The notes beneath the pieces are model-generated. The model did no database searches. It saw only the letters and a program-made list of their open reading frames with translations, and was not told where the DNA came from. A stretch of 64,000 bases of DNA from the NCBI GenBank assembly GCA_003170475.1, contig PMZI01000026.1:2114-66113 (forward strand). Direction: 5' to 3'. The position numbers and the translations under genes are program-made. Position 1 is the first letter of the stretch. Every line of letters starts with the position of its first letter. Source of the DNA: Ignavibacteriota bacterium (GTDB lineage Bacteria > Bacteroidota > Ignavibacteria > UBA10030). Shown here one piece after another: positions 47,045 to 56,406 of this stretch.

Positions 47045-49729
47045 ATGAATTCCGACCAATCACGCCCTAATCCCGACACTCTCCTTCGCATGATGAAGAA
47101 AGAGGAAGAGAAGGAGAAGAAGGGAAAACTCAAAGTCTTCTTCGGCATGTGCGCTGGTGTGGGGAAAACCTATGACATGCTGAAGGACGCACATGGGGAA
47201 ATAGCAAAGGGGGGCGATGTTGTCGTTGGTTATGTCGAGACACACAAGCGACCTGAGACAGAAGCCCTTCTGAAGGACCTCCCTATTATCCCCCGCAAGA
47301 CAATCGAGTATCGTGGCACTCTCCTCGAAGAGATGGACCTCGATGCCGTCCTTGCGCGCAAACCGAAGCTCGTGCTTGTCGATGAGTTGGCCCACACGAA
47401 TGCCCCCGGATGCAGGCATACAAAGCGATACCAAGACGTGCTCGAGTTGCTGGATAACGGCATCGATGTCTTCACGACACTTAACGTCCAGCACCTTGAA
47501 AGCAGAGCTGAAGCAGTAGGCCAGATCACTGGTATCACGGTCCACGAGACAGTGCCGGATTCTGTCTTTGAGGCCGCAGATGAGGTGGAAATCCTCGACA
47601 TTTCGCCGGATGAACTGCTCAAACGACTTGCGGAAGGCAAGGTCTATACGCCAGAGCGCTCCAGGCAAGCTATTGAGAATTTTTTCCGCACGGGAAATTT
47701 GACTGCCTTGCGCGAGATGTCACTGCGCATCACCGCGGAACGAGTCGATCGTCAGCTGCGGGACTACATGCAGCGGCAACGGATCCCGGGACCGTGGAAA
47801 TCCGGTCAGCGCCTCGTGGTGGGGATTAGTCCAAGTCCCCGTTCGATATCGCTCATCCGATGGGCGAGAAGACTTGCGTACACCATGGATGCGTCCTGGG
47901 TGGTGGTCTATGTCGAACCGTCCGGAGTGTCAGATGAGAAGGAAAAAGATCAGCTCCTGAAAAATGTCAAAGTTGCCCGCGAGCTCGGAGCCGAAACAAT
48001 CATTACTTCGGATGAGGACATCGCGGGGGCTCTTCTCCGCGTCGCACGCGAGCAGAACGCAGGCCAGATCTTCATCGGTAACCCGAGGCGGCGCCGGTTT
48101 TCCCGCGGATCACGGCTCGTCGACGATCTCCTGAAAAGAACCCATGACCTTGACATCTATATCGTGGCACGGGAGGAGGAGACCGAGCACCAGAAAAACC
48201 ACTTCGTTTTTCCGCAGATCGAATCAGGGTACGCTCAGTATCTCCTGTCGTCAGCGGTCGTGCTGCTGACCGCGCTCATCTGTTTTCCTCTCACACCTCT
48301 GATTGGAGGATACAGATCCGTCTCCTTGATTATTCTCCTCGCAGTTTCCTTGCTCCCCTTGAGGATGGGGCCCGGCCCCGTCCTCATCGCCGCTGGTGTC
48401 GGAGCACTCGCTTGGGACTTCCTCTTTATTCCTCCGCTCTTCACGTTTTCCGTCGGTCACCTCGAAGACATGATGATGCTCGGGATCTATTTCATCGTTG
48501 CGGCTGTCACCGGCGTGCTCTCTGCCCGACTTCGGGGGAGGGACAAGGCAGCCCGACAACGTGAAGAAAGAACATCGGCGCTCTTTGCATTGGCGAAGGA
48601 TCTCTCTTCGGCTCACTCACAAGATGAGGTCATCAAGGCCGCTGTCACGAACATTTCAAAGCATTTCGAAGCGGACGTCGCAGTCTTCCTTGGTGAAGCA
48701 GACGGCGATCTCAGTCCGCAGCCGCATCCCGCAAGTTCGATGGTCCCTGACGCCAAAGAGATCAGTGTTTCGGCGTGGGTCTATTGGAATGAAAAACCCG
48801 CCGGAAAAAACACGGACACACTGCCATTCGCTCAAGCGACCTATTATCCAATTTCCGGACCTCGGTATCCCCTCGGTGTCATCAGCGTCCGATTGCGCGA
48901 AAATCGGAAACTGGGTGTTGACCAGGAATCGCTGCTCGAGAACTTCATCACGCAAATTGCTTCGGCGGTTGAGAGGGAGCTTTTGAACGAATACACAAAG
49001 AAATCGATCGTCATCGAAGAATCAGAAAGGCTCTACAAAACCCTCTTCAGTTCTGTCTCTCATGAACTGCGTACTCCCGTGGCCACAATCATGGGTGCAT
49101 CAGAAAACCTCATGCGGGACGTCGCAACTCCGTCGGGCACGACAAACCTCGTTTATGCAAAGGAGATTCATATTGCGGCAGAGAGGTTGAATAGGCTTGT
49201 CGCCCATCTCCTCGATATGACAAGGCTTGAATCGGGAATGCTCCAACCCAAGCTCGACTGGAGTGACATCCGTGATGTCATTCATGGCGCAACGAAGGAA
49301 CTTGAGAGGGAACTTGCTCTTCATCCGGTTACCGTAAACATTCCGGATGACATGCCGCTCATGATGCTCGATTTCGGATTGATGGAGCAAGTGCTGGTGA
49401 ATCTCCTTCATAATGCAGTTGTGCATACTCCCGCCGGGACAACTATCTCAGTTGATTCTTTTGTCTCAAACGGAGAGGGTGTCATCATCGTTGCTGATAC
49501 CGGCCCGGGTGTCCCTCAAGATGTGCTGCCGAGGATATTTGACAAATTCTATCGTGCTCCGAACGCCAGCACCGGTGGGACAGGGCTGGGACTCGCGATT
49601 GTCAGGGGATTTGTAGAAGCGCATGGAGGAACGATAGCTGCGCAGAACCGGGCCGCCGGAGGGGCAGAATTTACGATTCGTATTCCCCTCAAGAATGAAT
49701 CTCTTCAATCTGAGCCGAAGCCCCAATGA
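47045..49729 (+). CDS. kdpD: Osmosensitive K+ channel sensor histidine kinase KdpD
   Basis: KdpD N-terminal P-loop domain (VFFGMCAGVGKTYDML), USP domain, four TM helices, GAF-like region, H-box SHELRTP and HATPase (GTGLGLAIVRG). Confidence 0.9.
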   Translation: MNSDQSRPNPDTLLRMMKKEEEKEKKGKLKVFFGMCAGVGKTYDMLKDAHGEIAKGGDVVVGYVETHKRPETEALLKDLPIIPRKTIEYRGTLLEEMDLDAVLARKPKLVLVDELAHTNAPGCRHTKRYQDVLELLDNGIDVFTTLNVQHLESRAEAVGQITGITVHETVPDSVFEAADEVEILDISPDELLKRLAEGKVYTPERSRQAIENFFRTGNLTALREMSLRITAERVDRQLRDYMQRQRIPGPWKSGQRLVVGISPSPRSISLIRWARRLAYTMDASWVVVYVEPSGVSDEKEKDQLLKNVKVARELGAETIITSDEDIAGALLRVAREQNAGQIFIGNPRRRRFSRGSRLVDDLLKRTHDLDIYIVAREEETEHQKNHFVFPQIESGYAQYLLSSAVVLLTALICFPLTPLIGGYRSVSLIILLAVSLLPLRMGPGPVLIAAGVGALAWDFLFIPPLFTFSVGHLEDMMMLGIYFIVAAVTGVLSARLRGRDKAARQREERTSALFALAKDLSSAHSQDEVIKAAVTNISKHFEADVAVFLGEADGDLSPQPHPASSMVPDAKEISVSAWVYWNEKPAGKNTDTLPFAQATYYPISGPRYPLGVISVRLRENRKLGVDQESLLENFITQIASAVERELLNEYTKKSIVIEESERLYKTLFSSVSHELRTPVATIMGASENLMRDVATPSGTTNLVYAKEIHIAAERLNRLVAHLLDMTRLESGMLQPKLDWSDIRDVIHGATKELERELALHPVTVNIPDDMPLMMLDFGLMEQVLVNLLHNAVVHTPAGTTISVDSFVSNGEGVIIVADTGPGVPQDVLPRIFDKFYRAPNASTGGTGLGLAIVRGFVEAHGGTIAAQNRAAGGAEFTIRIPLKNESLQSEPKPQ

Positions 49730-50415
49730 CATCCAAGCCGGTCATTCTTGTTGTTGACGATGAACCTCAGATGAGGCGCCTCCTTCAGTTGACCCTGGAG
49801 ACAAACGGATTTACTATTCATACCGCGTCAACTGGAAACGAGGGTGTAATGAAGGCGGCATCTGAGAGACCCGAATTGGTCATACTCGATCTTGGCCTGC
49901 CGGACATGGATGGCTCAGAAGTTTTGAAGAAAGTGCGCGAGTGGTCGACGGTCCCTGTGCTGGTGTTGTCGGTCCGGAGTGCAGAGGAGGATATTGTCGG
50001 ATGTCTGGATGCCGGAGCAGATGACTATCTGGTGAAGCCATTTCGGACCGGCGAGTTACTGGCGCGCGTCCGTGCAGCTCTGCGTCACCGGCTAACACTT
50101 GAAGAAAAGATTCTGTTCATTTCTCATGGTCTGTCGGTAGACCTCTCTTCGCGCATTGTCAGGAAGGGGGACGAGATAGTCAAACTCACGGCGACAGAGT
50201 ACGCCTTGCTTGCGTTGTTCGTCAAAAACGCAGGAAGAGTTCTGACGCACCGGTTCATCCTTGAGCAGGTGTGGGGTCCGGCCCAGGCGGAAGAGACACA
50301 ATACACGCGGGTGTACGTGGGGCAACTGCGCAAGAAAATTGAAGACGATCCCTCAGATCCAAAGCTTCTTCTCACCGAGTCAGGGATCGGCTACCGGCTC
50401 ACCGTTGATGAGTAG
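49726..50415 (+). CDS. kdpE: OmpR-family response regulator KdpE
   Basis: REC (ILVVDDEPQMRRLL, ILDLGLPDMDG) plus a winged-helix Trans_reg_C (LTATEYALLALF ... YRL). ATGA overlap with kdpD. Confidence 0.85.
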   Translation: MTSKPVILVVDDEPQMRRLLQLTLETNGFTIHTASTGNEGVMKAASERPELVILDLGLPDMDGSEVLKKVREWSTVPVLVLSVRSAEEDIVGCLDAGADDYLVKPFRTGELLARVRAALRHRLTLEEKILFISHGLSVDLSSRIVRKGDEIVKLTATEYALLALFVKNAGRVLTHRFILEQVWGPAQAEETQYTRVYVGQLRKKIEDDPSDPKLLLTESGIGYRLTVDE

Positions 50416-50761
50416 GAACAGGGTTCAATCTTCTAATCACCGTAATTGAGTCGGATTCGACGTTCTTCAGCTCCACTCTCACAGACTGAACTGATTCCAG
50501 TAGGAAGTCTGTGCATTTCGGAGTATATTGTATGTGCCGCCAACGGCGGCCACCGCGTCCGTGCAATATGCATCGGGGGCGGATCACGAGACTCGCTCTC
50601 TGATGTCAAGCAGCTAAGGTATTGTTGGGAAGAACCAATCGGGTCGCACCTTGTGCCACCACCGGTTCAGCAGCGTCAGACACTTTGCATCCTACCATCT
50701 CCAGCCCTGTCCATCCACCGCAGCGCGTTTCACCTTCATCATCAATCGTTAGGATTTATTC

Positions 50762-52198
50762 ATGCCATTTTCAAAACTCGGTCTTTCAGACCAGCTCGTT
50801 CAAGGTATCCTTGCCACGGGCTACACGGCACCAACTGCCATTCAAACACGCGCCATTCCTCTTGCTGTAGCAGGAAGAGATATCATCGGCTGTGCCCAGA
50901 CAGGCACAGGGAAAACCGCTGCGTTCGTGCTTCCGCTGCTCCATCATTTGACGAAGATCCCGGGACATCCGGGTCACCGGCATCCGCGGGCACTCGTCCT
51001 CACTCCGACGAGAGAGCTTGCTCAACAGGGCGAGGATTTCGTCACGACGTACGGTCGCTTCACGACTTTGCAAAGCCTCGCGATCTATGGCGGCGTCAAT
51101 ATGGAGAACCAGATCAAGCGCTTGCGACGGGGTGTCGATATTGTTATTGCCACACCAGGACGCCTTCTGGATCATATCAATCGCAAGACCATCGATCTGT
51201 CCCGCGTTGAAGTGCTCGTTCTCGACGAGGCCGACCGGATGTTCGATATGGGATTTATCAATGATGTGCGAACTATCATTGGACGCATCCCAGCAAAACG
51301 CCAGACGCTTCTTTTCTCAGCGACGATGTCCAAAGAGATCAAAGCCCTTGTTGCTTCCATTCAGCACAATCCCGAGCTCATCGAGATCGGAGAGCAACAG
51401 CGTCCGGTGGAAGCGATCCGCCAGAATTTCTATTCTGTTGAGCAGGACACAAAGTTGAGTTTGCTGCTCCACATTCTGCAATCGCAGACTCTTGACAGTG
51501 TGCTCGTCTTCTCCCGTACCAAGCATGGAGCGGACAAGATCTCTCGCCGCCTCGAGAAGAGCGGTGTGAAATCGATTGCGATCCACGCCAACCGCACACA
51601 GGCGCAGAGACAGCGTGCGCTCGCAGGATTCAAACAGCGTCAATACAATGTTCTCGTCGCAACGGACATCGCAGCTCGTGGGATTGATGTTGAGGGAATT
51701 TCTCATGTTATCAATTTCGACACGCCTGCGTTCGCGGAGGACTACGTTCACCGTATCGGGCGAACAGGTCGAGCAAGCTTAAGCGGAGATGCTATTACGT
51801 TTGTATCAAATCAGGAACGCAAGTACCTGAAGAGTATCGAGTATTTTGTCGGTAAGAAGTATGAGCTGAAGCGATATCCGGGTTTTGACCATACGAAAAA
51901 GGAAGTTCCCGTTGCCGAGGCAAAAGAGGCGCACTCGCAAAAGAGAGAGCATCGAGAGCATCCCCGTGGTGAACGTGCCGGACAATCCCGTCAACCTCAA
52001 AGAAGGAATGACCGGAAGGAGAGCACGAGAAACCAACCCCCACGTCAAGGGCATAGGCAAAGCGATTCGAAAAAGACGGTAGCATCGCCTTCCGCGAATG
52101 CAGTCAAAGAAACTGACTGGCGCAAACTGATGGAAGAAGGAAAAGGGGAACGAGATGGATTCAGGAAGAAACTGAAGCGTTTGTTTAAGCGTACCTGA
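50762..52198 (+). CDS. rhlE: DEAD-box ATP-dependent RNA helicase (RhlE/CsdA-like) with basic RG-rich C-terminal tail
   Basis: Q-motif, AQTGTGKTAAF (motif I), DEAD (VLDEADRM), SAT and HRIGRTGR motifs. The C-terminus is rich in R/G/Q/K. Confidence 0.9.
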   Translation: MPFSKLGLSDQLVQGILATGYTAPTAIQTRAIPLAVAGRDIIGCAQTGTGKTAAFVLPLLHHLTKIPGHPGHRHPRALVLTPTRELAQQGEDFVTTYGRFTTLQSLAIYGGVNMENQIKRLRRGVDIVIATPGRLLDHINRKTIDLSRVEVLVLDEADRMFDMGFINDVRTIIGRIPAKRQTLLFSATMSKEIKALVASIQHNPELIEIGEQQRPVEAIRQNFYSVEQDTKLSLLLHILQSQTLDSVLVFSRTKHGADKISRRLEKSGVKSIAIHANRTQAQRQRALAGFKQRQYNVLVATDIAARGIDVEGISHVINFDTPAFAEDYVHRIGRTGRASLSGDAITFVSNQERKYLKSIEYFVGKKYELKRYPGFDHTKKEVPVAEAKEAHSQKREHREHPRGERAGQSRQPQRRNDRKESTRNQPPRQGHRQSDSKKTVASPSANAVKETDWRKLMEEGKGERDGFRKKLKRLFKRT

Positions 52199-52232
52199 GG
52201 TTTCCCGACATCCTTGCACCAGTAACGAAACA

Positions 52233-52266
52233 AAGGGCGTTCACATGAACGCCCTTTTTGTTTTTC
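52233..52266. terminator. Bidirectional Rho-independent terminator
   Basis: AAGGGCGTTCA-ca-TGAACGCCCTT stem followed by TTTGTTTTT. It lies between the convergent helicase and lipoprotein genes. Confidence 0.7.
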
Positions 52267-52284
52267 CAAAGATCGCTCACGGCC

Positions 52285-53139
52285 TCATCGAGCCTTTTCA
52301 GCGAGTTGGACTTGACTCCATATGTTGAAGTTCACGGTAGCAGCCGTGGCTCCGGGTGGTCTCTGTCCACCGCGCCCCATCCCGCCACTTCGTCCGCCGC
52401 TTCGACCACCGCCGGCACCAGGCGGCCCGCCGCCGGTCCCTTCTCCGCGGCCTTCGCCGCCCCGCTCACCCTCCGCCATCTTCGGAGCAGTATTTGATTC
52501 TATTCCGATGCCGACCTTTGCTCCTGCGTGCGTTTCTACCGCGTAAGGGTGTTGCGAAGAATACTGAAGAGGGATCTTCAATTTGTAAAGAAATCGCTCC
52601 GGAGTCGCAGTCATGTGCATCTCCACCCCCTGTCCCTGAAGTCTGGAGACGCGTTGTCGATCATTCTCGCCGGGGCCGAGGTACTCAAACTCGTTGAGCG
52701 ACTGTCGTTCCATTTCCTCGAATCTGTTTCCCCTCTGTTCAGGATCTTGGTCCGGTTGCTGCAGACCCATCTCAGATCGTCCCATGCCCATCCCGCCGAT
52801 AGGGAATCGTATTCCGATGGTTTTCTTGCTGCCGCCGTTCGGATCGAACCAAATGGTCATTCCCCGAAACGTAATCTGGCGTCCAAGATTTGCCTTCGAA
52901 GAAAGGAGACACACATAAAGATATTCACCGTCGTTCGCGATGCCATATCGAACGCCTTCCTTCTCAACGAAAACCGTCGAGTCCGTCCAATCTCCGAGAT
53001 TCGCATCCATGAGTACCGGATGCTCACTCCATCGGCTGGCAAGTTGTTGTGTTGAACTGCATCCGTTGATCGATGAGATCACCAGGACAAAGAGGAACAC
53101 GATGATTGAAAAGTTCAGAGATTGCTTCGTAGCTGGCAT
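52285..53139 (-). CDS. Hypothetical lipoprotein with Gly/Arg-rich low-complexity C-terminus
   Basis: Start trimmed to MPATKQ, with RBS AAGGGAG upstream. Lipobox SSINGCSS. The C-terminus GEGTGGGPPGAGGGRSGGRSGGMGRGGQRPPG is RGG-like. Confidence 0.4.
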   Translation of the reverse strand: MPATKQSLNFSIIVFLFVLVISSINGCSSTQQLASRWSEHPVLMDANLGDWTDSTVFVEKEGVRYGIANDGEYLYVCLLSSKANLGRQITFRGMTIWFDPNGGSKKTIGIRFPIGGMGMGRSEMGLQQPDQDPEQRGNRFEEMERQSLNEFEYLGPGENDRQRVSRLQGQGVEMHMTATPERFLYKLKIPLQYSSQHPYAVETHAGAKVGIGIESNTAPKMAEGERGGEGRGEGTGGGPPGAGGGRSGGRSGGMGRGGQRPPGATAATVNFNIWSQVQLAEKAR

Positions 53140-53466
53140 TCTTTGCGCTCCCTTCGGTCGATGATTCGAATCCTGATCGTTTATATTAGACAGCTCCGAC
53201 ATCAGTTTCTTGCACTTGAGAGGCTCTATTGAATGATGAAGCGCAACAACCCCTCAAACGTTATGGAAAATACGAGCGATTCGCTTCGTACGCTAGTGTT
53301 TTCCGGGAAACTTCTGAGTTCCCAATACCCTCGCCAATCCTCGAAGTCGTCCGTTAATTTCTATTCATAGAACCTTTTTCATTTCAACCACGTTTGTACT
53401 TCGTGCGTCTAATGACATGAATTGTCTTCCGGTTTGTGATGAAGTCAGAAAGGGCGGGCGAAGACC

Positions 53467-54603
53467 ATGAAGAACATCATGAGTTTCTCCAGGAATCACA
53501 ACCTGGCAATAATTTGCTTCTCCTCATCATTCGGTGGGCTTGAACTCACAGCCATCCAACTTGCGGTCGAGTTCAAGAAGAGAGATGCAGAATGTACCTT
53601 GATTGTTCCTGCTTCCACTCCTCTCGCGAGTCAGGCGGAAAAGCACGGCCTTCGTGTAGAATTCCTCAAACCAAAAATGAAATACGGCGATTTCCTGACA
53701 TCGATACGGCTCGCCCGACTCATGAAAGCTCGCGGGATCGATATCGCTATGGTCATGCAATCCAAGGACATTAACGTCGTTGTTGCTTCAAAGCTGTTTC
53801 ACCCCTGGACAAAACTCGTCTTCTACCAACAGATGCAATCCCAGATCAGCAAACGAGATGTTCTTCACACATGGATGTATTCCAAGCTATCGCTCTGGAT
53901 TTCCCTGACGAATCGCATGAAGCAGGAGGTTCTGGAAAACACGAAGATGCCTGAGCAACTCATACGTGTGGTTCCCTTGGGAAGAGACACGAGAGTGTTC
54001 AATCCGCGTCTGTACAGCCAACGGCGGGCCCGAAAGGGGTACAAGCTCTCTGCAAGCCAACCACTTGTTGGTGTGTTGGGTCGGTTGGATCCACAGAAGG
54101 GCCAGGAGGAATTCCTGCGATCCCTGCCCTCAGTGCTCGAACGCCGACCGGATGTCTGCTACGTGATTGCCGGAGACGAAACGCAGGGAGAAGAAGGATA
54201 TCGGGCGTATCTCGTCGACTTGGCGAGAGAACTCGGCGTCAGCGACCACGTCAGGTTTCTGCCGTTCACAGAAAATGTGGCAGAATTTCTTGCGGCCATC
54301 GATGTCTTTGTCCTCCCCTCATACAGTGAGACATTTGGCTTGGTCCTCATTGAAGCGATGGCGATGCAGAAGCCGGTCGTGGCCACGAGTGCCGGCGGTG
54401 TTCCAGAGATCGTAGAAAACGGATGGGACGGAATCCTCGTTCCGCCACGCGATGAAAAGGCACTTGCGACGGCAATTACTCTTTTGTTGAAGAACACGAC
54501 CCTGAGAGTCTCTCTGTCCCGGCATGCGCGCGAAGGAGCGCAGAAACGATTTGATGCGTCCCGATGTGTGGATCAACTCGTGCTCTCGCTGGATTCCCTC
54601 TGA
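53467..54603 (+). CDS. Glycosyltransferase family 4 (GT-B fold)
   Basis: C-terminal GT4 signature EAMAMQKPVVATSAGGVPEIVENGWDGILVPP (E-x7-E) and N-terminal Rossmann-like sugar-acceptor domain. Confidence 0.8.
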   Translation: MKNIMSFSRNHNLAIICFSSSFGGLELTAIQLAVEFKKRDAECTLIVPASTPLASQAEKHGLRVEFLKPKMKYGDFLTSIRLARLMKARGIDIAMVMQSKDINVVVASKLFHPWTKLVFYQQMQSQISKRDVLHTWMYSKLSLWISLTNRMKQEVLENTKMPEQLIRVVPLGRDTRVFNPRLYSQRRARKGYKLSASQPLVGVLGRLDPQKGQEEFLRSLPSVLERRPDVCYVIAGDETQGEEGYRAYLVDLARELGVSDHVRFLPFTENVAEFLAAIDVFVLPSYSETFGLVLIEAMAMQKPVVATSAGGVPEIVENGWDGILVPPRDEKALATAITLLLKNTTLRVSLSRHAREGAQKRFDASRCVDQLVLSLDSL

Positions 54604-54871
54604 ATTCGGATGCACACGCCCGCTGAATCCTGAAGGCGGTGCGACAATTCATCGTAACGGAACAAATCCATTCTCAGGATTGAACAACCCTTGAAGGATC
54701 AGTCTCCTCTCGAGGGTTTTGTGTTTCTGCGGTGACGCTCCCCTCGTGCGGTTTTCTTCCCTTCTCCCGCCTCTTTTTGTTGCCTTTCAACCTCTTCTGC
54801 CGTAGCTTTGAGATGCAAAAAAAACACTCTCCAGCACCTAGCACGAAATAGCAGAAACGAAGGGATATTGT

Positions 54872-56395
54872 ATGGCGATTGTCCTCCAGGGATCGGGTCT
54901 TACCATTGAACTGCTCGTCAGAATAGCTCGATTCGGTGAAACTGTCGAGCTTCATCTGGACGCACTCGAAAGAATCAAGACGTGCCGTGCGATGCTCGAA
55001 CGGAAGCTCGAGGCTCGCGAAATTATGTATGGAACGAACACCGGCATTGGAGAGTTTTCCGAGATCGTCCTCAATGATGATCAGGTGAAGCAGTTTCAGA
55101 GATTTCTGATCTACAATCATGCCGCTGGGATTGGTGATCCCGCACCCATTGAATATGTGCGCGGGGCAATGGCAAGCAGGATCAACGTGCACGCCCGGGG
55201 GAGATCCGGATGCCGACCTGAGATAACGCAAACGCTGGTGGCAATGCTGAACAAGGGGGTGACCCCCGTTGTGTGCCAGAAAGGTTCAGTGGGCGCCTGT
55301 GGAGACCTGGCGCCAATGTCTCAGATTGCCCTGCTGATGATGGGTGAGGGAGAGGCATATTATCGAGGCGAACGTCTGCCGGGCAACGTGGCTCTTGAAA
55401 GAGCCGGCATACCCGTCCCTGGTCTGCTTGCCCGTGACGGTCTGGCCACGATCAACGGGTCGAATCTGCTCACTGCGATGAGTGCAATCCATTTGTATGA
55501 CATGAACCGGTGGCTGAAGCAGGCAGAGATCGCCTGTTCGATGTCGTTGGAAGCCTTGTTTGCGAATTTGAAACCATACGACACAAGGCTTCATGAACTT
55601 CGGGGATTCCCGGGTGCCATCCGTAGTGCCAATGCAATCATGAAGTGTATTGAGGGGAGCGATCTGCTGTCGGGGAAAATAAAAACGAAGGTGCAAGATG
55701 CCTACTCCATGCGTTCGTCCCCACAGGTGATCGGAGCGGCTCACGACGCACTTGCGCATGCCCGGCGTCAGGTTGAGATTGAGCTCAATGCCGTTGCGGA
55801 CAATCCGATCTTTTTACCGGAACAGAATCTGACGTTGACGGGTGCGAATTTTCAAGGAAGTCCGATCTCTCTTCCGATGGATATGGCCGGCACGGCAGTC
55901 ACGATGGTCAGTGTGCTTTCCGAGCGTCGATTGAACAGACTTCTCAATCCTGCGTTGAGCGTAGGATTGCCTGCGTTCCTCACGAAAGGCGCCGGGATGT
56001 TCTCAGGCTATATGTTAAGCCAGTACACGGCCGATACCCTTATCGTGGAGCAACGCATACTTTGTGCGCCCGCTTCCGTAGCATCAATTCCTGCGGCGGC
56101 AGATCAGGAAGATTTTGTTTCCATGGGGATGAACACAGCGATCAAGAACGGTCAGATACTCGATAATGCTTTTGGAATACTCGGCATCGAGTTCATTGCT
56201 GCGTCGCAGGCGCTCGACTTCCGTGAGTTCACGCCCGGTGTGGGTGTGCGCAAAGCCCGGGAAGTGGTACGCAGACACGTCGCACATCTGGGGGAGGATC
56301 GTCCGCTGTACCCGGATCACACAAAAATGAAAGAGGTCGTGAAGTCGTGCGAGATACTCGAGGAAGTTGAGAAGGAGGTCGGACCTCTGGAGTAG
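54872..56395 (+). CDS. Histidine/aromatic amino acid ammonia-lyase family enzyme (MIO-type) with A-C-G in place of A-S-G
   Basis: 507 aa. GSVGACGDLAPMSQIALLMMGEGEA aligns to the HAL MIO loop GSVGASGDLAPL. Conserved downstream blocks are present (NxxxNPL-like, QDAYSMRSSPQV, DNP). Confidence 0.8.
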   Translation: MAIVLQGSGLTIELLVRIARFGETVELHLDALERIKTCRAMLERKLEAREIMYGTNTGIGEFSEIVLNDDQVKQFQRFLIYNHAAGIGDPAPIEYVRGAMASRINVHARGRSGCRPEITQTLVAMLNKGVTPVVCQKGSVGACGDLAPMSQIALLMMGEGEAYYRGERLPGNVALERAGIPVPGLLARDGLATINGSNLLTAMSAIHLYDMNRWLKQAEIACSMSLEALFANLKPYDTRLHELRGFPGAIRSANAIMKCIEGSDLLSGKIKTKVQDAYSMRSSPQVIGAAHDALAHARRQVEIELNAVADNPIFLPEQNLTLTGANFQGSPISLPMDMAGTAVTMVSVLSERRLNRLLNPALSVGLPAFLTKGAGMFSGYMLSQYTADTLIVEQRILCAPASVASIPAAADQEDFVSMGMNTAIKNGQILDNAFGILGIEFIAASQALDFREFTPGVGVRKAREVVRRHVAHLGEDRPLYPDHTKMKEVVKSCEILEEVEKEVGPLE

Positions 56396-56406
56396 TTTCA
56401 ACATCA

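Noticed and set aside
50446-51210. 254-aa ORF spanning the helicase leader and 5' part of the helicase gene.
   Set aside because: It is out of frame with the strongly supported DEAD-box helicase, and its composition is low-complexity Ser/Arg/Cys. It is a frame artefact.
54872-56395. Interpreting the ammonia-lyase gene as part of a histidine utilisation (hut) operon.
   Set aside because: No urocanase, imidazolonepropionase or formiminoglutamase homologs are nearby. The flanking genes are a GT4 and a URO-D-family gene.
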